Notes under the pieces: model-generated
Databases searched by the model: none
What the model was told of the DNA's origin: nothing
What the model saw: the letters and a program-made list of their open reading frames with translations, nothing else
Assembly (NCBI GenBank): GCA_042408215.1
Contig: JAYFMW010000005.1
Location: 32,001-96,000 of the forward strand
Length of the DNA: 64,000 nucleotides
Source: Microcoleus sp.
GTDB lineage: Bacteria; Cyanobacteriota; Cyanobacteriia; Cyanobacteriales; Microcoleaceae
Direction of reading: 5' to 3'
Part shown: piece by piece, positions 41,675-50,137 of the stretch
Numbering within the stretch: position 1 is the first letter of the stretch
Layout of the letters: every line of letters begins with the position of its first letter
Translations under genes and position numbers: made by a program

Positions 41675-42097
41675 ATGGAAGATTTACAGTATCTCGCGGC
41701 CTGGGTGAAGGAGCAACACGCTCGCGAGTATATTTTGACTTGGCTGCTGAGTCAACAGGGACTTTGGTGGTCTGATGGGGACATTTATCAGGCGGTTTTG
41801 CAAAAGTCGGGAAAGCTGTTGAAAGCTTATGTTCAAAAGAGACAAGCGGGAGAGTTATTTGAGGGGATTTCTGAGAAGTTGGGACCCGATGATAATTGGG
41901 ATGATTTGGCGGGGAGTTTGGCGCGAATTGTTGCTGTTTATCAAGAGGAATTATCGCATTTGCAAGATCGCGATCGCAAGGGGGATAGGCTAAAAAAAAA
42001 TTTGAATAGCAAACAGTTGACTGGGGATGCTTTGTCGCTTTTGGAGGTGCAGCAAGCTTTGCCCGATCCTTATGCGGATACGCTGACGGGGAGATAG
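41675..42097 (+). CDS. Hypothetical protein
   Basis: 140-aa ORF with AGGAG RBS. Confidence 0.7.
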   Translation: MEDLQYLAAWVKEQHAREYILTWLLSQQGLWWSDGDIYQAVLQKSGKLLKAYVQKRQAGELFEGISEKLGPDDNWDDLAGSLARIVAVYQEELSHLQDRDRKGDRLKKNLNSKQLTGDALSLLEVQQALPDPYADTLTGR

Positions 42098-42490
42098 TCA
42101 TTAGTCATTGGTCATTAGTCATTAGTCATTGGTCATTAGTTATTGGTCATTAGTTATTGGTCATTGGTCATTGGTCATTGGTCATTAGTTATTGGTCATT
42201 AGTTATTGGTCATTGGTCATTGGTCATTAGTTATTGGTCATTAGTCATTGGTCATTAGTTATTGGTCATTAGTTATTGGTCATTGGTCATTGGTCATTAG
42301 TTATTGGTCATTAGTCATTGGTCATTGGTCATTGGTCATTAGTTATTGGTCATTGGTCATTGGTCATTGGTCATTGGTCATTGGTCATTAGTTATTGGTC
42401 ATTAGTTATTGGTTATTGGTCATTGGTCATTGGTCATTGGTCATTGGTCATTGGTCTGTGTAATGACTAACAACTAATGACTAATGACTA
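42096..42490. repeat. Long heptamer STRR (ggtcatt/agtcatt/agttatt, ~50 copies) followed by inverted copies
   Basis: Directly visible between convergent genes. Confidence 0.95.
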
Positions 42491-42628
42491 ATATCAAATC
42501 CGGTAGCATCAGAATTATTCATATCTCTATTCTCTCCCTCTGTGTCCTCTGTGTTCTCTGCGGTTAAATCATTCCGATGCAACGGTCAACGATCTAACAA
42601 CTAATGACTGCTGACTGCTGACTAATGA

Positions 42629-44494
42629 CTAAATATAGCTGCTAGCTTGACGGGTAAACATTGAATAGTAGATTTCACCCAATTCTATTAATTCGTCGTG
42701 AGTTCCTATTTCTGCTATTTTACCATTTTCCATCACGGCGATGCGATCGGCTATTTTGGCTAAACCTAATCTGTGACTGATCGCAATCGTGGTTTTCCCG
42801 GCGGCTATTTGGCGAAAGATGCTGTAAATTTCGTGTTCTGTCTTGGGGTCGAGGGCGGCGGTTGGTTCGTCAAAAATTAGCACTTCGGCTGTAGAAAGCC
42901 GCATTAAGGCGCGGGCGATCGCGATTCTCTGCCATTGTCCCCCCGATAAGTCTACGCCGCCTTCTAATTGTTTGCCTAAAGGTGTTTCTAAACCTTGGGA
43001 CAAACTCTTGACTTTGGCGCTAATTCCTGCTTCGGAAATAGCTTGATTGATTGCTGTGTCATCCGATAGGTAAATTAAGTTACCGAAGCCGACATTTTCG
43101 CGAACTGTGGTGGGAAAACGGGCGTAATCTTGCATGACAACGGCGATGCGCGATCGCACTTCTGCTATCGGGAGCGATCGCAAATCTTTGCCATTCCAGG
43201 CGATCGTACCACTTGTGGGGTCATACAGGCGACAAAGGAGTTTTGCTAAGGTGGTTTTACCCGCGCCATTTTCACCGACAAATGCTACCATTTCTCCCGG
43301 TTGAATAGTTAAGTTGATATTTTCGACGGTACTTTTATTACTACCTGGATAGCAGAAAGATAGATGCTTAATCTGGATACCAATTGCATCTTTTGTGGCG
43401 CGGGCATCCCGCCTGCTATCTTGTAAAAGCGGCAGGCGAGACGCCAGCCCCACAATCGGAGACTGCAATTCCGGTTTGAGATCCAACAGTTGAAAAATCG
43501 GACTAACTCCCAGAGAAATATCATATAAATTAGTATAATTGCCAATCAGTAATTGCAAACTTTGCTCAACTTGGACAATTAAACCAGAATAGAGTGCCAA
43601 ATCGCCCAAAGTATAGCGGCCACCCAAAGCTCCCATTACTACATAAATAAACGGCAAAGCTACTCCTATTCTACTAAACATCGACCACAATAATACCACA
43701 ATTGCACCCTTTTTTCGCACAAGCTGGATCTCGGTAAAAAACTGCAAAAATTGACTTTGCCAACGCTTTAGCCAAAGTTCTTGCAAGCCAAACAAACGCA
43801 ATTCTTTAGCATACTCTTCCCCGGTCAATACTCCCGAAGATAAGTTCATTTCGCGGGTAATTTTAGCTTGCTTTCTGATAACTTTCCAGATGATTTTGCT
43901 GTATTTTCTTTGTATATAAATTGAGGGAGAGGATGAGAGCAACATCAGCAGCGGTACCCACCAAGCTATGCCAGCAGCAAGGGTTACAGACGGAATGAAG
44001 ATACAAACCCCTGCGATCGCAGAGCTGAGGGCGAATGCTAGTTTTTGTATTTGTGAGATTCCGGTTTTTGCTAGTTGTACAATATTTAAGAGTTCGGGGT
44101 TTTCAAAGAGGGCGATATCGTCGAAATTAGCTACTTTTTCGAGGACTTTTCCTTCGACGAAGCCTTGAACGCGATCGCGCAATGATGTAGATACAAATGA
44201 ACTAATTGTTTCGAGGGCGTCGCCCAGAAACTTGAGAGTTATGACTCCGACAATACTCCACAGCAATATTGGCTGGGAAAGCATCAGAGAAAGTGGCTGT
44301 GCTGTTTGGGTTTGCGACAGCAACCGAGATACTTCATCAATGATAATTTTATCTAAAAATAGCACGGCAGACGGGGCCGCACCAGCGATAATGTTGAGCC
44401 ATATTAAATGGCGGATTTCAGTTGGTGCGGCTTGGATGATTAAACCGAGACTGCGGCGCAGAGATTGAAATGTGGTGAGTTGGAGCAGTTGCAT
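42629..44494 (-). CDS. ABC exporter, fused permease/ATP-binding protein
   Basis: TM N-half; GENGAGKTT, LSGGQWQR, LIFDEPT, ISHR. Confidence 0.93.
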   Translation of the reverse strand: MQLLQLTTFQSLRRSLGLIIQAAPTEIRHLIWLNIIAGAAPSAVLFLDKIIIDEVSRLLSQTQTAQPLSLMLSQPILLWSIVGVITLKFLGDALETISSFVSTSLRDRVQGFVEGKVLEKVANFDDIALFENPELLNIVQLAKTGISQIQKLAFALSSAIAGVCIFIPSVTLAAGIAWWVPLLMLLSSSPSIYIQRKYSKIIWKVIRKQAKITREMNLSSGVLTGEEYAKELRLFGLQELWLKRWQSQFLQFFTEIQLVRKKGAIVVLLWSMFSRIGVALPFIYVVMGALGGRYTLGDLALYSGLIVQVEQSLQLLIGNYTNLYDISLGVSPIFQLLDLKPELQSPIVGLASRLPLLQDSRRDARATKDAIGIQIKHLSFCYPGSNKSTVENINLTIQPGEMVAFVGENGAGKTTLAKLLCRLYDPTSGTIAWNGKDLRSLPIAEVRSRIAVVMQDYARFPTTVRENVGFGNLIYLSDDTAINQAISEAGISAKVKSLSQGLETPLGKQLEGGVDLSGGQWQRIAIARALMRLSTAEVLIFDEPTAALDPKTEHEIYSIFRQIAAGKTTIAISHRLGLAKIADRIAVMENGKIAEIGTHDELIELGEIYYSMFTRQASSYI

Positions 44495-44558
44495 AGTTTG
44501 TGGGTGTCGGGTATACTCATCCCCTCCTGGTATATTATAACAGTAAAAACAAGTAACT

Positions 44559-47375
44559 TTAGATCAACTGAAATGCCGTTGTCTCCAAAATCATCTTAAC
44601 ATCAGCCGGATTTGTTGATACGACAGTTTGCCAATGACCAAATCCGCCATACTGATTAACAGCTTTAATCCACTGCTCCAAAAATACCCGTTTCGCCTCA
44701 TCTTGGTGAGTCCGTTGTCCTTTAGTTTCTAAGATCAAAAAATTTCCGTTTTTCAAGCGAATGATGAAATCAGGGCGATATTTCCGCACAATTCCGGCAA
44801 ATATGTAAAGAATTTCAAAACCCAAGTGGTCGTTTTTTACCCAAGCATCAACATTTTCATTTCGATCGATTTCAAAAGCTTCGCTGGCTTCCCATGTACT
44901 ATCAAAAATGCCACAATTAATATGGGATTTTTGGGTATATTCGCAAGGTTTACCCGTATACCAAGGGCGCATATCACCTGTAGAACGGATGGGATGTTCT
45001 GGATCGAATACGGGTTCAAGTTTTTCTGTATTCTCTAAATAAATCGCGTTCCAAATATGTTGCACAATTTTACTCATATTGAGAGTAATCAAAATCCGCC
45101 GTTTAATTTCGTCCAAACTAAATAAGGGTGGATTAATTTCGATAAAATCTGATTGGATAAATTCTTCGACTAATCGAATCAGTTTTGCTAGCAAGTATTC
45201 TCTATTACCTTTCCAACCAGGTTTCATCTGATCAAAAATATCCCTAGAAACTTCAAAAGCAATTTTTTGCATCCGAAATTTTTCACCTAAATCTTCTAGG
45301 TCAATCGTCTCAATTCTGGTCACATCCGGTTTTCCATCCAAAATAGCGGCGAGATCTGCTTGTGTGCTATTATCATAGGCATCTAACTTTAAAGGTTCAA
45401 CCAGACTCAGATCGAGTTTGAGTTCTGGTTGATAAATATAATCAATGCGGATGATATTGGGAAACTTAATTTCAAATTGCTGCTTTTCCAAAACTGGTTT
45501 AATTTCCGTTTTAGGATTAGGTGGTGGTGGTGGCGTTCCTTCATCAGATTCGTGGGGAAGAAAGGTGAAGGGAACACCAAAAATATTGACATATTCGGCT
45601 TCCAGTAAATTAGTTTCGGGGTTAATATCATAAGCTGTTCTGCGTAAACCTCTACCTACTACTTGTTCGCACAGAAGTTGACTAGAAAATGCGCGAATCC
45701 CCATAATATGCGTCACAGTCTTGGCATCCCAACCTTCAGATAACATCCCAACTGAGATCACATTTTGAATTTGTTCCCCAGGCTTCCCAAGTTGACCGAC
45801 TGTATCAACTGTTTTTCGTAAAAGTTCTGCTTGTTCCTTCTTTGAAAGTTTGCGGATAGGTTCATCATCAGAGTTATCATCTTCGCTATTTTCTGCGGTT
45901 GTGTCTTGTATATCGGTACTTTCTTCTTGGGATTCTGCCATTTTCAAAACATTAGAGTCGATGTGTAAAGTGCGTTCTGAGTTGCAGAGTTCTTCAATAT
46001 GGATTTTATTATGGTCGAAGGCGTATTTAATTCTAGCCGCAGTTTCAGTGCGATTAGCAATGGAAATCATGGCTGGCGGTACTTTTAACCCAGATTCTTT
46101 CCACTTTTTAGCTGTTTCTAGCCAATCTTTGCCTAGTAAATAATAGCCATTATTGAGCAAATCTGGTAATGATTCATTCGGCTTGGCTTTGCGATTGACA
46201 TCATCGTAAACTTCGGGATCTCGATAAAGATGGTAAAGACGGGATTTGAAATCTTTTACATTCAGTCTGGAATCGTCACGAATCACCACGCGAGGGGTTT
46301 TAACTAAGCCGGATTCTATGGCATCATTTAAGCCAAAATCGCTGACAATCCAGCCAAATAAAGCTTCTTCTGAACTCTTTTTACCAGAAGGTGCAAAGGG
46401 TGTGGCAGAAAAGTCAAAACAGGTGAGAATTTTTCTAGCTTGCTGAATGCGATCGAGTCCACCAACCCATTTTGTTGCCTCATCTAATTCTTCTTTACTA
46501 ACACCTTTAATCTTGGATTCAGCAGGTATGCGCCATGCGTGGTGCGCTTCATCGTTGATGACGACAATATTACTAGAATTGGCAATTTCTCCTAACACTT
46601 CCCTTGCATAAGCTTCGTTACTTTTTGCACCCCGTTTATCAACTCCTTTTTTCTTCTTAATTTGTTCTTCTGTTTCCCAATTCAAGGCGTGCCAATTGCG
46701 GATTAAAACTTTGCCTTGACGGAGTTTATCGAATAATCCCAGAGGAACAATATTGAATATTTCATAGTAGTTATTTTCGGCAGAGGGAAGCAGAACTTGT
46801 AGGCGATTTCTAACAGTTAGTCCGGGTGCGACAATAAAAATAGCTTTAGAAAAACGGGTATCTTGAGGATAGGTAACTTTATTGATAATTTGCCATGCAA
46901 TTAACATCGCCATGACGATAGTTTTGCCCGAACCTGTCGCCATTTTGGAACAAAGGCGTTTGAAGTTTCCGCCATCATCAGGAATATCAATGCCTACTTT
47001 TGCAGACGCGGGAGATTCTGTTAGCCAGATTAGGGTTTTTATGGCTTCTAACTGACAGAAAAAGAAGGGAAAATCGCGTTCTTCTGAGTTGTTCCAGTGT
47101 TCTAGCAGACGCTTGGTAACGCCTGTGACACCGGGGTATCCATCATCGCACCAAGCTTTGACGCGGGGACGGATCTGGTTAACGAGAGGAATTTCGACAA
47201 ATTTGCCGGGATCGTCGAAGGTTTTAGAGCTTTCCGAAGCGATGATATAGCCTGCGGGGCGTCTTCCCTCTGCACGGTTGAATAGACGAGAAGTGCGATC
47301 GTAGTGCCAATATTGTTTCGGTTCTTCGTAGGGAGAATTGATAATGAGTTGATTAATTGTAGTTTGTGATGACAT
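44559..47375 (-). CDS. Type III-like restriction endonuclease/helicase subunit (Res)
   Basis: MATGSGKT (Walker A), INDEAHH, SATP, LSEGWD, QVVGRGLR; C-terminal YRPDF...LETKG PD-(D/E)XK nuclease. Confidence 0.9.
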   Translation of the reverse strand: MSSQTTINQLIINSPYEEPKQYWHYDRTSRLFNRAEGRRPAGYIIASESSKTFDDPGKFVEIPLVNQIRPRVKAWCDDGYPGVTGVTKRLLEHWNNSEERDFPFFFCQLEAIKTLIWLTESPASAKVGIDIPDDGGNFKRLCSKMATGSGKTIVMAMLIAWQIINKVTYPQDTRFSKAIFIVAPGLTVRNRLQVLLPSAENNYYEIFNIVPLGLFDKLRQGKVLIRNWHALNWETEEQIKKKKGVDKRGAKSNEAYAREVLGEIANSSNIVVINDEAHHAWRIPAESKIKGVSKEELDEATKWVGGLDRIQQARKILTCFDFSATPFAPSGKKSSEEALFGWIVSDFGLNDAIESGLVKTPRVVIRDDSRLNVKDFKSRLYHLYRDPEVYDDVNRKAKPNESLPDLLNNGYYLLGKDWLETAKKWKESGLKVPPAMISIANRTETAARIKYAFDHNKIHIEELCNSERTLHIDSNVLKMAESQEESTDIQDTTAENSEDDNSDDEPIRKLSKKEQAELLRKTVDTVGQLGKPGEQIQNVISVGMLSEGWDAKTVTHIMGIRAFSSQLLCEQVVGRGLRRTAYDINPETNLLEAEYVNIFGVPFTFLPHESDEGTPPPPPNPKTEIKPVLEKQQFEIKFPNIIRIDYIYQPELKLDLSLVEPLKLDAYDNSTQADLAAILDGKPDVTRIETIDLEDLGEKFRMQKIAFEVSRDIFDQMKPGWKGNREYLLAKLIRLVEEFIQSDFIEINPPLFSLDEIKRRILITLNMSKIVQHIWNAIYLENTEKLEPVFDPEHPIRSTGDMRPWYTGKPCEYTQKSHINCGIFDSTWEASEAFEIDRNENVDAWVKNDHLGFEILYIFAGIVRKYRPDFIIRLKNGNFLILETKGQRTHQDEAKRVFLEQWIKAVNQYGGFGHWQTVVSTNPADVKMILETTAFQLI

Positions 47376-47394
47376 AATTTCTCTTTCTTTCTTG

Positions 47395-48006
47395 TCAAGT
47401 TTCCCAGGTTGGTTGAAAATTTATAAGTGCATTCATCGCACGTTGCAGACTGCGAGAATTGACTTGTGCTGCTTCAACTTGCCAATTGTTTTGAACAAAC
47501 TGGATAAGTTGACCGTTATAATCTTTCCCTATTTTAGCAGTGCTGTTACGTTCTGGGACGATCGCATCCCGCAGCTTTCGCTTCTTTGACTTTTTAGCCA
47601 GATAGATTAAAAGCTGCTTGGGATCGGGAATTTCATCAACATTAGCTGGAATTAAACTAACTGAAATACCTAAAAATTCTGCAAAGGCTTCTCGATGTGC
47701 CAGTAACCACGCTTCCACTTCTTTAACAGCAATCCGAAACAGCAGATTAGGATGTTTTGGTTGAGTTAGCCACTCGGAAAGAATTACTAGCGGGCATTCG
47801 GCATTATCCAAATCAGTTAATACTAAGTATGGCATTCCATTTGCCGCATGATTTAATCCAGAAATAATCTTTTTAATTTTGCCATATCCTCTCTGATTCA
47901 AGCAAGATCCCACTGAAAATGGACGTTGAGACTGTTTGAGCATTTCTTTAAGAACGGCTTCACTCAGTACATCCTCAAACACTAGATTGATGGGAATATC
48001 CGTCAT
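47395..48006 (-). CDS. DUF4276-like TOPRIM-fold protein
   Basis: LVFEDVLSE (conserved E), VLTDLD (DxD), KEVEAWLLA. 4-nt overlap with the upstream ATPase gene. Confidence 0.75.
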   Translation of the reverse strand: MTDIPINLVFEDVLSEAVLKEMLKQSQRPFSVGSCLNQRGYGKIKKIISGLNHAANGMPYLVLTDLDNAECPLVILSEWLTQPKHPNLLFRIAVKEVEAWLLAHREAFAEFLGISVSLIPANVDEIPDPKQLLIYLAKKSKKRKLRDAIVPERNSTAKIGKDYNGQLIQFVQNNWQVEAAQVNSRSLQRAMNALINFQPTWET

Positions 48007-49151
48007 TTGAATAAACTTAGTTGTTCGATCGCTGGCGGTGCTGTGAGAGGAAGTGCAGCATCTGCTATGCTTAAACCTCCTTCTAATAGCATTGTTATTT
48101 GTTCGTTACTTGAGGCAAGTTTTACTTGAGTTCCTTCAGCAGTCGGTGTCATTAGCAAGACTTCTTCGCCACCTATACCTTTGTCTGAGAGCAAATCGGC
48201 ACTATGGGTACTGAGAATAACCTGTCGCTTTCTCGGACGCTGAAGGCGATAAATCAGAGACGGTAGATTACTAACAATCGCCGAATTTAAGGAAAGTTCT
48301 GGTTCTTCTAGTAACAATAATGAATCGGTTTCTAACAGTGACCATAGCAAGCCAATTAACCGTAAAGTTCCATCAGAAAATTGGTCTTCCCGTTGTTTTC
48401 CCGCTCCGGGCCGCCAATGTTCGTAAACAGCTTCCAAATGCGGAACCCCCATCACATCTTTGGTATCTGTGAGGTTTTTCAATTGTGGGACTGCCAACTT
48501 TAAAGCATCTTCAATTTTTCTTAATCGCGATTTTCTAGTTTTTTCGGGAGTTTTAGCAACTCGCTCTAAAAAAGTTCTCCCAAAAGGATCTTCGGAAAGT
48601 CCGGGGGTAGCAAAAGCTTCGGGATGGCGAACTAACTGAGGAATTAAATGTAAATATAAAATCGATTCCAAAAATTTAGCAATTTCTCTAAATTCTGCAT
48701 TGGCATTAATTTGCTCTAAATAAGTCTGGGTGAGACGTAGCTCATCTTTGTCATCCTCTTGAGTAGGGCGATCGATAATTTGTCTGTCGCCTTTCCAAAC
48801 TCGTTCGTAGGCAACAATCGCCTCATTCTTGCCACCTTTTTTCTGTTTAATTCCCAGCCCATACCTCCATAATGGCTGTTCGGCATTAGATTCTGAAAGG
48901 CGAATTTCTATTTCTACATCGGGATATCGACGTGCATAAAGACTGCGAATTTTTGAGACGCCACCTCGATCGATCGCAGCTTTCTGCAATCCGCCTCCTG
49001 CTTTGGCTAGATCCCGCAAAAAGCGCAATGAATCGAGGAAGTTTGACTTACCGCAGGCATTCGGGCCTACCAGAAAAACGCGATCGCGCAAATCAACATT
49101 CACTGACTGAAAATTGCGCCAATTTTTCAGAGCTATATGGGAGATAATCAT
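48003..49151 (-). CDS. ABC/SMC-type AAA_21 ATPase
   Basis: LKNWRNF, GPNACGKSN (Walker A), FSDGT signature, LLLLEEPE (Walker B), STHS (H-loop). Confidence 0.9.
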   Translation of the reverse strand: MIISHIALKNWRNFQSVNVDLRDRVFLVGPNACGKSNFLDSLRFLRDLAKAGGGLQKAAIDRGGVSKIRSLYARRYPDVEIEIRLSESNAEQPLWRYGLGIKQKKGGKNEAIVAYERVWKGDRQIIDRPTQEDDKDELRLTQTYLEQINANAEFREIAKFLESILYLHLIPQLVRHPEAFATPGLSEDPFGRTFLERVAKTPEKTRKSRLRKIEDALKLAVPQLKNLTDTKDVMGVPHLEAVYEHWRPGAGKQREDQFSDGTLRLIGLLWSLLETDSLLLLEEPELSLNSAIVSNLPSLIYRLQRPRKRQVILSTHSADLLSDKGIGGEEVLLMTPTAEGTQVKLASSNEQITMLLEGGLSIADAALPLTAPPAIEQLSLFK

Positions 49152-49194
49152 TATTTTAACCTAATCAAAAAAATAAGATTGATCGTCTGAACAC

Positions 49195-49803
49195 TTACCC
49201 ACAATTAAAAATCTGCACCGCAGTCAAATTTAACTCTGGAAATACTGCCGATGTTATCCTTTCATCTCCTCGAAACAGCTTAATTTGATACTCACCATCT
49301 ACTAGCTGATAAACCGATAAAGTTGGCTGTTTTGGAGAACCAATATAACGGCTACCACCTAAACCCAAATAATCTACAATCCAATATTCGGGAATGCCTA
49401 ATGCTTCATAATCAATCATTTTGTGTGCATAATCATCGCGCCAATTTGTGCTAACAACTTCAACCACTAATTTGATAGAATCTCCCTCAGTAATAACGGA
49501 TTCTCTTTCCCATCGAGATTCATTGGCTGCTACGGCTTGTTTATCTAATACAATCACATCTGGATCGTAGCCAGAGTTATCGCAAAATTTAATTGTACAT
49601 TCCTTGGGAATAAAGTAAGGAAGCTGTAGTCGCCTGATTTCTAAACCAAACTCGAACGCCTGAAAACCGGCGCTGGCTGAATGTTTACCAGTTGGATTTG
49701 GCATTTCAACAATAACTCCGTTATGTAATTCATAATGTCCGTTTTCTGGTTTCCATTCCAGAAATTCATCAAAAGTTATTAACTTGGGTATCGTTTGAAT
49801 CAT
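49195..49803 (-). CDS. Uma2 family (DUF820) nuclease
   Basis: ITFDEFL, YELHNG, YDPDVIV, LVVEVVSTNW, IPEYWIVD. Confidence 0.9.
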   Translation of the reverse strand: MIQTIPKLITFDEFLEWKPENGHYELHNGVIVEMPNPTGKHSASAGFQAFEFGLEIRRLQLPYFIPKECTIKFCDNSGYDPDVIVLDKQAVAANESRWERESVITEGDSIKLVVEVVSTNWRDDYAHKMIDYEALGIPEYWIVDYLGLGGSRYIGSPKQPTLSVYQLVDGEYQIKLFRGDERITSAVFPELNLTAVQIFNCG

Positions 49804-49979
49804 CGGTAAAACCTCCAACTTTTTTATGTAATTTTCATGTAATTTTAAATATTCTTTATTTGTCGCCAAATCCCCAGGGCTATTCCTTCAATAATTACCT
49901 CTTTTTTATTGATAGCCAGAGTCATAATTATATTCTCCCTAATTAAATACCTAAAATCATTATAGCACTCACTCACCCA

Positions 49980-50135
49980 GTTAGTAGGGTGCGTCAGATT
50001 TTTAATTTAATTCTCTCACTCATAGGTTAATTGTCTGACGCACCCTACGGTTTTGGTTAGTAGGGTGCGTCAGATTTTTAATTTAATTCTCTCACTCATA
50101 GGTTAATTGTCTGACGCACCCTACGGTTTTGGTTT
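49980..50135. repeat. Two identical 77-bp REPIN-like units (GTAGGGTGCGTCAGA...TCTGACGCACCCTAC)
   Basis: Direct duplication of an inverted-repeat pair. The same family occurs at ~8693-8756 and 39256-39376. Confidence 0.85.
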
Positions 50136-50137
50136 CT

